NCBI GenBank assembly: GCA_937132045.1
Contig: CAKZNX010000162.1
Coordinates: 1 to 49,780 of the forward strand
Direction: 5' to 3'
From: an uncultured bacterium
Lineage (GTDB): Bacteria; Armatimonadota; HRBIN16
Length of the DNA stretch: 49,780 nucleotides
The position numbers and the translations under genes are program-made. This document shows positions 7,318 through 15,824 of the stretch, in pieces (position 1 is the first letter of the stretch; every line of letters starts with the position of its first letter). A model generated the notes under the pieces. It saw nothing but the letters and a program-made list of their open reading frames with translations. It did no database searches and was not told where the DNA came from.

Positions 7318-8061
7318 ATGCGAAAGAAGCCGGGCACTGCACAAGGTGCCTTTACCCTTATCGAGCTGCTTGTGGTGATCGCGATTATCGCGATACTCGC
7401 AGCGATACTCTTCCCTGTCTTCGCACAGGCACGGGAGAAGGCGAGACAATCGGCATGTCTGTCGAACGTGCGCCAGATGGCAGTTGCCATCAGCCTGTAC
7501 TTGCAGGACTACGAGGCGTTTCCCATGTATGCGGTGGCGGGCAGTGAAAACCGCTGGTGGAATCAGCTCGAGCCGTATATCCGCAATCGGGAGCTATACC
7601 GCTGTCCGACCGTTCCGCAGCTGCGCTACGGGCGCAACATGGCGTACGGATACAACTATCAGTATCTCGGAAATTCGAGGGGCAACTGCTGGAACGTGCC
7701 GGTGACGGAGGCGCAGATTGACGTGCCCGCAAGCACGCTGGCAGTAGCCGACAGTCAGGGTTCCGGAACACGCTTGTGCGACAACGACGATCCAACCGAC
7801 CCTGACTACAGAAATCTCGACTGCCTCGGCAACCACGGTTACGCCATAGACCCACCCTTCCTGCCGCCGTGCCGGTCTGGCGGAGGACCGAACCGTTATT
7901 CCACCGGCGGTATCCCCGGAGTTCGCGTCCCGCCAGCTGACCGACACCTGGGAGGCACAAACGTGGCGTTCATTGACGGACACGCGAAGTGGATGCGCGC
8001 CGATGAGCTGAACATCGACAATCGCTGGTGGAACGGACGATACCCGGACCCGGCTCCCTGA
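7318..8061 (+). CDS. Prepilin-type N-terminal cleavage/methylation domain protein, DUF1559 (H-X9-DG) family
   Basis: MRKKPGTAQG/AFTLIELLVVIAIIAILAAILFPVFAQAREKARQSACLSN, with C-terminal HLGGTNVAFIDGHAKWM. SD GGGAGG lies before ATG 7318; the track start 7273 lies inside the promoter. Confidence 0.9.
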   Translation: MRKKPGTAQGAFTLIELLVVIAIIAILAAILFPVFAQAREKARQSACLSNVRQMAVAISLYLQDYEAFPMYAVAGSENRWWNQLEPYIRNRELYRCPTVPQLRYGRNMAYGYNYQYLGNSRGNCWNVPVTEAQIDVPASTLAVADSQGSGTRLCDNDDPTDPDYRNLDCLGNHGYAIDPPFLPPCRSGGGPNRYSTGGIPGVRVPPADRHLGGTNVAFIDGHAKWMRADELNIDNRWWNGRYPDPAP

Positions 8062-8072
8062 GAAACGCCACA

Positions 8073-8094
8073 GGCGGGGAGATAACTCCCCGCC
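8073..8094. terminator. Hairpin between convergent genes (possible bidirectional terminator)
   Basis: GGCGGGGAG-ataa-CTCCCCGCC, a perfect 9-bp stem. The flanking U-tracts are poor on both strands. Confidence 0.5.
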
Positions 8095-8102
8095 TGCCCA
8101 CA

Positions 8103-10982
8103 TCACTCCCGACGCTTGCGGTGCTTTTTGCCGCCGCGTCGTCTGCGTTTCCTAATGGTGCTGGCGCCAGCAGTTTCAGCCATTGTCTCTCCGGTGCGCT
8201 CCGGCAGAGACACTCCCAGCGCGGTCAGCTGCTCGTAGCTGCCCACCACATAGAGACCCGTTTGTCCCGTGCGCATGTTCAGGCGCAGATTCGATGCATC
8301 CTCAGCCAGAAGGCGACCTTCCGTGAGGTCGTACACAACCTGACGCTGTGGTAACTGCAGATGCACCACCCCATCCCCCACCGAGTGAACGGCGATGAAC
8401 GGGGGAGCCACACGAACCGCATCACTGCTCTGCGACCAGACGTGCACCCCTGCGAACCGACATAGCCCGCGCACGAGGTCTACCGTCAACTGTCGCTCTC
8501 CGATGAACACCGAGCGCCAGTTACCCATGTCCTTCACCGCGATGGACGGCAGTCCCGTCTGCAGGTATTCGCCCAGCACCGTTACCTTCTCGTCCAGCAC
8601 GTAGAAAGACGGATTGACCCTCTCGCGCACACCGATCTGCTTATTGCGCAGGCGTTCGGTGATGGGATGCCGGTCGTTGCTGATGATGGAACCCGTCTCG
8701 CTGTTCCATGGCTGCGCCTTAATCGCGATGCCAGCCACGTCGCGCGGTCCGTCGGACGTGTAGCCGTTCTCGTCGTATAGCGCCACGGCATACAGCCACA
8801 CGAGCACTTTGCCGTCGCGATGAAGGCGTTCACGGATCGCCTCGCGCACGTCACCGCTCACTTCGATAGGGTTCAGGAACAGGTACACTTTCGCCTCAGG
8901 GAAGGCTTTACGTGTCAGGTCGCTCTGCAGGTAGATGCCGTAGTGAATACCTGCTCGCGCCAGCACTTCCTGTTGTTGCAGAACGAGCGGTTCGAGCAGT
9001 GCTGTTGGCGATTGGATGCGCGTCAGGCTGTGTTCGTCCACGATCACAGCCACCTCGGGCGCTTCAGGCAGCCTGCCCCGGATATGCGGTAGATACAGCT
9101 CGCGCAGTCGCTGAGCCATCTGCCAGAGCTCGTTGTCCTCTGCCCAACCCTCGCCCCACAGGTCCATCCAGGCGATGCCGGCATGGTGCGTCAGCGCTGT
9201 GGTGCAGTTACGCAGGCGGACGTTGCGCGTCGCTTCTGCGTCGCTACAGCGCGGGTTGTAGTCGTCTGGCGTGGTGTTCTGGGAGGTGTGCGGTTTGGTG
9301 TCGTCCTCCAGCACGAACAGCTTGCCGCGCAGCCTCACCGAGGCAACTGGCACGGGAACACTGCCGGGCTGTGTGGGGCGACGGTCGCGGTAGGATACCG
9401 GCGCGCAAATCAGGTCGATGCTCTGTGCCGAAAGCACCTCCGAAAGCGCGAGGTGCCCGCTGTGAGGCACCGGAAAGTCCAGCAGGTAGCCGTACGAAAC
9501 CGCCACCAGACGCCGGTTCTCAGAGTTCCTCTTGACCGTGCGAGACAGCGTGATGATGCGCCGGGCAATCACGTCCGAGGCAAATCGCAGGTAGTCCACG
9601 TAGCGCTGTCCCCGGCGATACTCGTAAAGCACGGTCGGCGGGTTGCTAACGGCGTGGTAGGTAGGGACGCTGGCGCTCGTGAAGGTGACGGAGCCATCAT
9701 GCCACGATGCCCTCAGCGCTACGAGGTCGTTCTTGTATCGGGCACGAAGCCACTGCCGAAAAGCCTCCTGTGCCGCGGGGCTGTAGTCGTAGCCACGCTG
9801 GAACTCGTAGAACCACTCCTGGCAGTCCAGATGATAGCCGATGATGCTGCGCGCCTCTTCCGACACCTCCAGATGGCGAACCAGCAGGGTGAGTGCCGCC
9901 TCCGCCTCCTGCCAGTAGCGTTCCGAGGCAAAGGACGGGTCGCCCGTAGAGCCATCGGCGTAGGTGGTCATTGCTTCTGGATAGAGCTTCTGCCAGTCGG
10001 GCGGCGGGCTAAATACGACACGAAACATCAGGTAGCCGTTGGGGTCGTTCTGTCGCACCAGATGCAGGAGGCGCAAGGCTTCGGTCACGCCGTGCGATAC
10101 CATCGGCACCGATACCGGCAGGTCCAGCAGGAGGCTGTGCAGATGCACGCCGGCGGACGCGGCTTGGCGGATTTGCTCGCACACACGCTTCTCGGAAGCG
10201 GCTGTGTCGATGTTGCCGAAAAAGAAGAGAGGCGCAACCGGCTCGTCGTCGATGATGATTTCGGGATGTCCCTGCCGGATACCAAGACGAACCCCTTCGC
10301 GCCTCCTCCTGCGTTGATCGGGCTGTTCCTCCTCTGCTAGCGCGGTCTCCTCCACCGGGCCTTCCTCAGCAGTGCGCCGGGCACGCCTCCGGCGCTTCGG
10401 TGGTGCTGTCACAGCTTCCTGTACCGTCACCACTGCTTCCGGTTCCTCAGGAACCACCTCCGGCACGGGCGTCTCGGTCAGGTCAACAGCGGACGGCTGT
10501 TCCTGAGCCTGTGGAGTCGGTGTTGCCGCTTCCTCTGGAGCCACCACCACGCTTGCTCCGGTCACCGCCGTTTTCGCCCGCCTGCGTGTGCTGCTGCGCC
10601 GGCGCCGTGTGGTCTTCGGAGCCTCCTCCACGGCAGCTTCCGGAGGCGATTCGGCAATCGCCATCTCCGCAGGCACCGGAATCTCGGATGGGGAAGTTTC
10701 GGCGGGTTCCAGCATGGCAACAGCAACAGACGGAGGTTCTTCTACAGCAGGAGATTCCGCCGCCGTACCCTCCGCGGGCGACCCTGCTTCTTCTGCCTGC
10801 TTACGGCGGGTGGTTCGGCGTCGTCTTCGTGGTGTTTCAGCGGCGGAAGGTTCCGCCTGTTCTGACTGACCTGATTCGGCAGGCACGTTCGCCTGCGACT
10901 GCCCTTCAGGCTCGGCCAGGGATGAGGGTGATTCGGTCGGAGCGGCGCCTTCAGGCGCCGTGCGTCGTCGACGTGGCGGCAT
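8103..10982 (-). CDS. GH42-like (beta-galactosidase-like TIM barrel plus trimerisation-type domain) protein with a polybasic/acidic disordered N-terminal region and a basic C-terminal tail
   Basis: 959 aa. Residues 1-230 are Pro/Glu/Ala-rich with five Arg clusters. The core shows GH42-like strings (EAFRQWLRARYKNDLVALRASWHDGSVTF; APEVAVIVDEHS...KVYLFLNPIEVSGDVREAIRERLHRDGKVLVWLY). C-terminus: TIRKRRRRGGKKHRKRRE. The SD GAGGAGG lies between the HAD gene stop (11012-11014) and ATG 10982. Confidence 0.7.
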   Translation of the reverse strand: MPPRRRRTAPEGAAPTESPSSLAEPEGQSQANVPAESGQSEQAEPSAAETPRRRRRTTRRKQAEEAGSPAEGTAAESPAVEEPPSVAVAMLEPAETSPSEIPVPAEMAIAESPPEAAVEEAPKTTRRRRSSTRRRAKTAVTGASVVVAPEEAATPTPQAQEQPSAVDLTETPVPEVVPEEPEAVVTVQEAVTAPPKRRRRARRTAEEGPVEETALAEEEQPDQRRRRREGVRLGIRQGHPEIIIDDEPVAPLFFFGNIDTAASEKRVCEQIRQAASAGVHLHSLLLDLPVSVPMVSHGVTEALRLLHLVRQNDPNGYLMFRVVFSPPPDWQKLYPEAMTTYADGSTGDPSFASERYWQEAEAALTLLVRHLEVSEEARSIIGYHLDCQEWFYEFQRGYDYSPAAQEAFRQWLRARYKNDLVALRASWHDGSVTFTSASVPTYHAVSNPPTVLYEYRRGQRYVDYLRFASDVIARRIITLSRTVKRNSENRRLVAVSYGYLLDFPVPHSGHLALSEVLSAQSIDLICAPVSYRDRRPTQPGSVPVPVASVRLRGKLFVLEDDTKPHTSQNTTPDDYNPRCSDAEATRNVRLRNCTTALTHHAGIAWMDLWGEGWAEDNELWQMAQRLRELYLPHIRGRLPEAPEVAVIVDEHSLTRIQSPTALLEPLVLQQQEVLARAGIHYGIYLQSDLTRKAFPEAKVYLFLNPIEVSGDVREAIRERLHRDGKVLVWLYAVALYDENGYTSDGPRDVAGIAIKAQPWNSETGSIISNDRHPITERLRNKQIGVRERVNPSFYVLDEKVTVLGEYLQTGLPSIAVKDMGNWRSVFIGERQLTVDLVRGLCRFAGVHVWSQSSDAVRVAPPFIAVHSVGDGVVHLQLPQRQVVYDLTEGRLLAEDASNLRLNMRTGQTGLYVVGSYEQLTALGVSLPERTGETMAETAGASTIRKRRRRGGKKHRKRRE

Positions 10983-11011
10983 TTTGTCCAGCAGCCTCCT
11001 CTATCTCACGG

Positions 11012-11746
11012 CTATTCGCTTGCCGTGGGGATGCTGACACCTGCCACCTCAGACGGTGCGCGCCGCGCCATACTTCGGAAAAACTCGCGCAGTTGAGCGG
11101 GTTCCCTGAACAGCCAGTCGGGTGCTTCCGCGCGCAACATCTCCGTCGGATGCGCTCCCCAACCGACCGCGATGACCCTGACGCCTGCTTCACGCGCACA
11201 GTGGATGTCGTACACCGTGTCGCCGACAAATACCGCTTCCTCAGGCAATGCATTCAGACGCTCCAGCGCTACCAGAACCGGGTCGGGCGCCGGTTTGGGA
11301 CGAGCCACATCGGACGCGCTGACCACCACGTCCACCCAGCCGTTCACGTTGAGCCGTGGCAGGAAAGTTTCCAGCTCCACCCGGTTCTTTGAGGTGACCA
11401 GCGCAGTGCGAAGCCCGGCTTCCCTGGCGTGCTTCAGTGCCTGCACCGCTTCGGGGATGATCCGCTCCAGATGCTGATGCGACTCGTAATAGGCGATTTC
11501 GTCCGCCTCCATCGCGCGGTGGTCCGGAACAAAGCCCACCAGATGGTCAAACAGACGCACCTGCCGGTGCAGGGGAAGCCCGATAGTGCGACGCAATTCG
11601 TCCCGAGAAATCTGCACTCCCAGATGTTTGCGGAAGGTATGGTCTAAGGCACGGACGATCAAGTCCACGGTGTCGACCAGTGTGCCGTCTATATCGAACA
11701 GCGCGCAACGAAAAGGTGGCTGTGTCGCTGTCAATGCACTCCTCAA
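11012..11746 (-). CDS. HAD-superfamily hydrolase (phosphoglycolate phosphatase / PpaX-like)
   Basis: Motif I FDIDGTLVDT, motif II VTSKNR, motif IV VGDTVYDIHCAREAG. 244 aa. Confidence 0.85.
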   Translation of the reverse strand: MRSALTATQPPFRCALFDIDGTLVDTVDLIVRALDHTFRKHLGVQISRDELRRTIGLPLHRQVRLFDHLVGFVPDHRAMEADEIAYYESHQHLERIIPEAVQALKHAREAGLRTALVTSKNRVELETFLPRLNVNGWVDVVVSASDVARPKPAPDPVLVALERLNALPEEAVFVGDTVYDIHCAREAGVRVIAVGWGAHPTEMLRAEAPDWLFREPAQLREFFRSMARRAPSEVAGVSIPTASE

Positions 11747-11786
11747 TCAGCAAAGGGATAATGATTCAAAGGCTCTATCCGTGTGC

Positions 11787-11816
11787 ATTATACGGGCAAA
11801 GGCGCTTCTTTGTCAA
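11787..11816 (-). promoter_or_regulatory. Candidate sigma70 promoter for the HAD/GH42-like operon
   Basis: Minus strand: -35 TTGACA (comp. 11811-11816), 18-nt spacer, -10 TATAAT (comp. 11787-11792). Confidence 0.6.
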
Positions 11817-11824
11817 CGTCGGGT

Positions 11825-11854
11825 TTGACAACACGACCGCTATCGGGATAGAAT
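11825..11854 (+). promoter_or_regulatory. Candidate sigma70 promoter for the transketolase genes
   Basis: -35 TTGACA (11825-11830), 18-nt spacer, -10 TAGAAT (11849-11854). The inverted repeat GGGATA-gaa-TATCCC (11845-11859) overlaps the -10. Confidence 0.6.
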
Positions 11855-11887
11855 ATCCCTCGAACCTATCTGCAGGAGGTCGGTGCA

Positions 11888-12718
11888 TTGGTCACGTCGG
11901 ACGTCTCTCTGAAGCAACTGGAAAGAACAGCACGCAAGCTGCGCCGGCACATCGTGAAGATGCTGGCAATTGCAGGAAGTGGACATCCGGGCGGCTCCCT
12001 CTCCGCCATTGATATTCTGACCGCCCTTTTTTTCGGCAACGTTATGCGCTACAACCCCCAGAATCCGCGCTGGGAAGACCGCGACCGCTTCATCCTCAGT
12101 AAAGGACATGCTGTGCCCGCACTGTATGCGGTGCTTGCAGAGGCGGGATTCATTCCCGAGGAGTGGCTGTGGCAGCTGCGCAAGATCGACACGCCGATGC
12201 AGGGACATCCCTCGGTGAAGGACCTTCCGGCTGTGGAGGCTTCGACGGGCAGCCTGGGACAGGGACTGAGCATCGGTTTGGGAATGGCGCTGGCGGCGCG
12301 CATCGACGGCAAGCCCTATCGGGTGTATGTGATGATCGGTGATGGCGAGTCGGAAGAAGGGCAGGTGTGGGAGGCGGCGATGGCAGCATCCCACTTCCAC
12401 GCAGGCAACCTGACGGCGATACTGGACTACAACCACTATCAGCTGGACGGCGCTATCGGTGAGATTATGAGCATCGAGCCGGTCGTGTCGAAGTGGGAAG
12501 CGTTCGGCTGGGCGGTGCGTGAGATCGACGGGCACGATATGAAGCAGATTCTGGACGCTCTGCACTGGGCACGAGAGACGCGGGAACAGCCTTCCATCAT
12601 TGTAGCGCACACGGTCAAGGGTAAGGGCGTATCTTTCATGGAGGGCAACAACGAATTTCACGGCAAAGCGCCCACACAGTCGGAACTGGAACAGGCGCTG
12701 GCGGAACTCGCTGATTGA
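11888..12718 (+). CDS. Transketolase, N-terminal (TPP/pyrophosphate-binding) subunit of a split enzyme
   Basis: SGHPGGSLSAIDILTALF, SKGHAVPALYA, GSLGQGLSIGLGMA and GDGESEEGQVWEA. TTG start with GGAGG 8 nt upstream. Confidence 0.9.
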   Translation: MVTSDVSLKQLERTARKLRRHIVKMLAIAGSGHPGGSLSAIDILTALFFGNVMRYNPQNPRWEDRDRFILSKGHAVPALYAVLAEAGFIPEEWLWQLRKIDTPMQGHPSVKDLPAVEASTGSLGQGLSIGLGMALAARIDGKPYRVYVMIGDGESEEGQVWEAAMAASHFHAGNLTAILDYNHYQLDGAIGEIMSIEPVVSKWEAFGWAVREIDGHDMKQILDALHWARETREQPSIIVAHTVKGKGVSFMEGNNEFHGKAPTQSELEQALAELAD

Positions 12719-12731
12719 GGAAGAGGAGGAA

Positions 12732-13697
12732 GTGACAATGGCAAGACCGCTGGGTGAAGCTACCCGTGAAGCATACGGCAAGGCGCTGGCAGAACTGGGA
12801 CGTGAGAACCCGAACATCGTGGTGCTGGACGGAGACCTGTCCAAGTCCACGATGACCAAATACTTCGCGCAGGAGTTCCCCGGTCGCTTCTTCAACGTGG
12901 GTATCGCCGAAGCAAACATGGTGGGAGTCGCGGCTGGACTGGCTGCGGCAGGCAAGGTTGCATTCGCCTCCAGCTTCGCCTGTTTCGTGATGTGCAAGGG
13001 GTTTGATCAGTTGCGGCTGGCGGTTGCGTACAGCGACAACAATGTGAAAATCGTGGGCACGCACGGCGGAATCTCCATCGGAGAGGACGGGGTATCGCAA
13101 ATGGGACACGAGGACATCGGTCTGGCGCTGTCCCTGCCCGGATTCGTGGTCATGGTTCCTGCCGACGGAGCGCAGACACGCGCGGCGGTGCGCGCAGCAG
13201 CCGAGCACATCGGACCAGTGTATATCCGCGTCGGTCGTCCGAAGGCACCAATCGTGTACGAGAACGGCTGTCCAGATTTCCAGATTGGCAAAGCCATCAT
13301 GCTGCGAGATGGGCGTGACGTGACCCTCATCGCCAACGGACTGATGGTGGCTGCGGCGCTGGACGCTGCCGAAATGCTGGAGCAAGACGGGGTGTCGGCG
13401 CGCGTGCTGGATATGCACACGGTACGTCCACTGGACGAAGAGGCGGTGGAAAAGGCAGCTCGTGAGACGGGCGCGATTGTTGTTGCCGAGGAGCACCTGC
13501 TTCACACCGGGCTGGCGTCGCAGGTGGCGATGGCTGTCGCGCGACTGCACCCGGTTCCGATGCGGTACGTAGGCTTGACGCAATACGCCGAGTCGGGGGC
13601 TCCTGACGCGCTGATGCGCAAATATGGTTTGACTGGCGAGAACATTGCCCGCGAGGCGCTGGAGATTGTCCGCTCGCGCGCCAGCTCGGTTGTCTGA
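12732..13697 (+). CDS. Transketolase, C-terminal (pyrimidine-binding) subunit
   Basis: REAYGKALAELG, FFNVGIAEANMVGVAAGLA, VGTHGGISIGEDGVSQ. The start is GTG 12732 or ATG 12738. Confidence 0.9.
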   Translation: MTMARPLGEATREAYGKALAELGRENPNIVVLDGDLSKSTMTKYFAQEFPGRFFNVGIAEANMVGVAAGLAAAGKVAFASSFACFVMCKGFDQLRLAVAYSDNNVKIVGTHGGISIGEDGVSQMGHEDIGLALSLPGFVVMVPADGAQTRAAVRAAAEHIGPVYIRVGRPKAPIVYENGCPDFQIGKAIMLRDGRDVTLIANGLMVAAALDAAEMLEQDGVSARVLDMHTVRPLDEEAVEKAARETGAIVVAEEHLLHTGLASQVAMAVARLHPVPMRYVGLTQYAESGAPDALMRKYGLTGENIAREALEIVRSRASSVV

Positions 13698-13715
13698 GCA
13701 CAGATTTCCATAGAC

Positions 13716-13755
13716 AGAGGCAATTCGCTATCGGCGGATTGCCTCTCACTCTTTG
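13716..13755 (+). terminator. Candidate intrinsic terminator after the transketolase operon
   Basis: AGAGGCAAT-N13-ATTGCCTCT (9-bp stem) followed by CACTCTTTGCT. Confidence 0.45.
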
Positions 13756-13864
13756 CTACGGGCGAAAAAACCGCTAACTTTACCAGATACACCATCTTGC
13801 CAAAACTGCAGAAACGTGCGAAAATATACTGCCTCTGATGAGGGGGCGAAGGGAGAGGGTGGCT

Positions 13865-15739
13865 ATGCGACGAAGCGTCATCATACTTATCGCATCGGTC
13901 GCGTATCTGGCGGGCGGGGTTTTCGCTCAAGTTGCGCGCCTTCCCGAGCCTTTGCCGTCTCCGCAATCTGTGGTCTGGGTCTTTTTGAAAGAACAACCCA
14001 TGGCGGAGAGCGCCGAGCGCTGGCAGCCCCTTCTGCGAAGCGGGCTCGAGGAGATCGACCTGACGTTGCGCGCACTCGCCAGTAACCCGATGATAGCGCC
14101 CGATGCACTGGCAGGCGCACATCTCGCCGCGCAGATGCAGAGCGCGGAAACGCTGAAGGCGTACCGACAGACGGTGTTTGCGGAGAGCCAGTATCGCCTG
14201 ACGCTGTCGCAGTGGATCATGAAACTTCGCATGGCGCGCCTTGGCGGTAGCGTGCTCGGACACGTGCCTTTTGTGAACGCCTTCGCGGTGAGCGTTCCGG
14301 CGTCACGTGTGCGCGAGTTGCAGTCACTGCCTGAGGTAGCAATCGTCTGGCAGCCTCCTGTGTTGAGAGCGCTTCTGGACGTCTCGACGCCGACGCTGTT
14401 TGCCCCTGCCGTCTGGGACGAGGGCTATACCGCCCCCACCTGGGCGGTTGCGATCATGGACACAGGTGTGAATTCCACCCACACCGCCCTGCGCAACCGA
14501 ACGTGGATTATTCCCAACCGTACCGTGCCGGGTATCGGTAGTGGGATACGCGCTTTTCATGATTACGGCAGACTGGATAAGGACGCCAGCGGCAATCCCG
14601 TGTACAACGACGACTACATGAGCGCAGCAGACCTGCACGGACACGGCACACAGGTATCCGGAGCGGCACTGGCGAACAGCACCTCCCGCAAGGGAGTAGC
14701 TGCCTTCGCAGGATATGGCATGATACTGAAAGCAGGCTATCGCACCACCACTGGCGGCGGTAGCATGAACGCAGCGGACGCGCTCATTGCGCTGGACTGG
14801 GCAGCGCGGCTGGCTCCGCTTCCAACCGGCGTGGGACTGGCTGGCATCAATTTCAGCTTCGGAGGCGCCACCAGCGTGGATGACGATATCCTGACGCAGG
14901 CGTTCGACGCGTTCATTTACACCTATCAGATACCGCTGTCTATCGCGGCGGGAAACGGCGGCGGCACCCAGCGGACGTTGTATACCCCCGCGCCCTGTTA
15001 TAACGGCATTGCGGTGGCTGGTTCCGATGACCGCAACACGTTGACCCGCACTGACGATATCATCGCAGGCTTTAGCAGCCGCGGTCCCACTGTTGCTGGG
15101 CGGAAGAAACCGGACGTCACTACGCCGGCTGCAAACATCACCACCACTACCGGCTCGGGCAGCAGCTTCTCAGCGGCCAGCGGCACCAGCATCGCGGCAC
15201 CGCACGTGACCGGAGCGCTGGCATTGCTGCACGACGTTGGGGTGCACGATCCCCTGCTGCTAAAAGCGGTTCTGATCAACAGCGCGGAGGACCGCGGTGA
15301 TGCTGGCTGGGACCGCATGTGGGGCTGGGGGTATGTAGACCTGCGCTCTGCGATGCGACACATCATCAACCGACAGTACGCTATCGGGTCGGTCACCCCG
15401 GCAGGCACCGGCGGCAGTATTGCCACCTTCCGCACACGTCTGCCAGCGGGCGGCAAGGTCACGCTGGTATGGCACCGGCACGCTGGCTTCTCGGCATCGT
15501 CAGGTTACTCCTATCTGCGTGCCCTAGCGAATCTGAAACTGACCCTGATCGATGAGAGCACGGGAGCAACCATCGGTGTGTCCGATTCGACCATAGACAA
15601 CGTTCAGCAGGTGGTGGCGCCTGTTGCCTATTCGCGGGTGCTTGTGCGAGTGGAAGCGACCAGTGGCTTTGACCAGTACGCCGCCGAGCCTTTCGCTCTC
15701 GCAAGCAGTGGCGTTCTGGTGCCGGTTAGCAGCCCTTAA
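13865..15739 (+). CDS. Secreted S8 (subtilisin-family) serine peptidase
   Basis: Catalytic triad contexts AIMDTGVNSTH, HGHGTQVSG and SGTSIAAPHVTGA. Signal peptide MRRSVIILIASVAYLAGGVFA/Q, starting from ATG 13865 preceded by GGGAGAGGG. Confidence 0.9.
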   Translation: MRRSVIILIASVAYLAGGVFAQVARLPEPLPSPQSVVWVFLKEQPMAESAERWQPLLRSGLEEIDLTLRALASNPMIAPDALAGAHLAAQMQSAETLKAYRQTVFAESQYRLTLSQWIMKLRMARLGGSVLGHVPFVNAFAVSVPASRVRELQSLPEVAIVWQPPVLRALLDVSTPTLFAPAVWDEGYTAPTWAVAIMDTGVNSTHTALRNRTWIIPNRTVPGIGSGIRAFHDYGRLDKDASGNPVYNDDYMSAADLHGHGTQVSGAALANSTSRKGVAAFAGYGMILKAGYRTTTGGGSMNAADALIALDWAARLAPLPTGVGLAGINFSFGGATSVDDDILTQAFDAFIYTYQIPLSIAAGNGGGTQRTLYTPAPCYNGIAVAGSDDRNTLTRTDDIIAGFSSRGPTVAGRKKPDVTTPAANITTTTGSGSSFSAASGTSIAAPHVTGALALLHDVGVHDPLLLKAVLINSAEDRGDAGWDRMWGWGYVDLRSAMRHIINRQYAIGSVTPAGTGGSIATFRTRLPAGGKVTLVWHRHAGFSASSGYSYLRALANLKLTLIDESTGATIGVSDSTIDNVQQVVAPVAYSRVLVRVEATSGFDQYAAEPFALASSGVLVPVSSP

Positions 15740-15824
15740 TCTGTCGAAAGCACGAATCTTGGACGAACAGATAGGGGGACATCCGTATGGGAGTCTCCCC
15801 AACGAAGGAGGAAAGCAGAGAAAC

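Noticed and set aside
8103-8160. The basic C-terminal tail (RKRRRRGGKKHRKRRE) of the 959-aa protein, considered as a possible PEP-CTERM-type sorting signal for the nearby exosortase.
   Set aside because: There is no PEP motif and no hydrophobic helix before the basic cluster, and the protein has no signal peptide.
13716-13746. The terminator hairpins at 13716-13746 and 31897-31920 share the 11-mer GGCGGATTGCC and its GGCAAT complement. This hinted at a family of REP-like terminators.
   Set aside because: My rough estimate is that an 11-nt match between two sites within a few kb of intergenic DNA is expected about once by chance. The stem complement is forced by the hairpin, and I saw no further copies. 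Only a whole-genome count could revive the idea.
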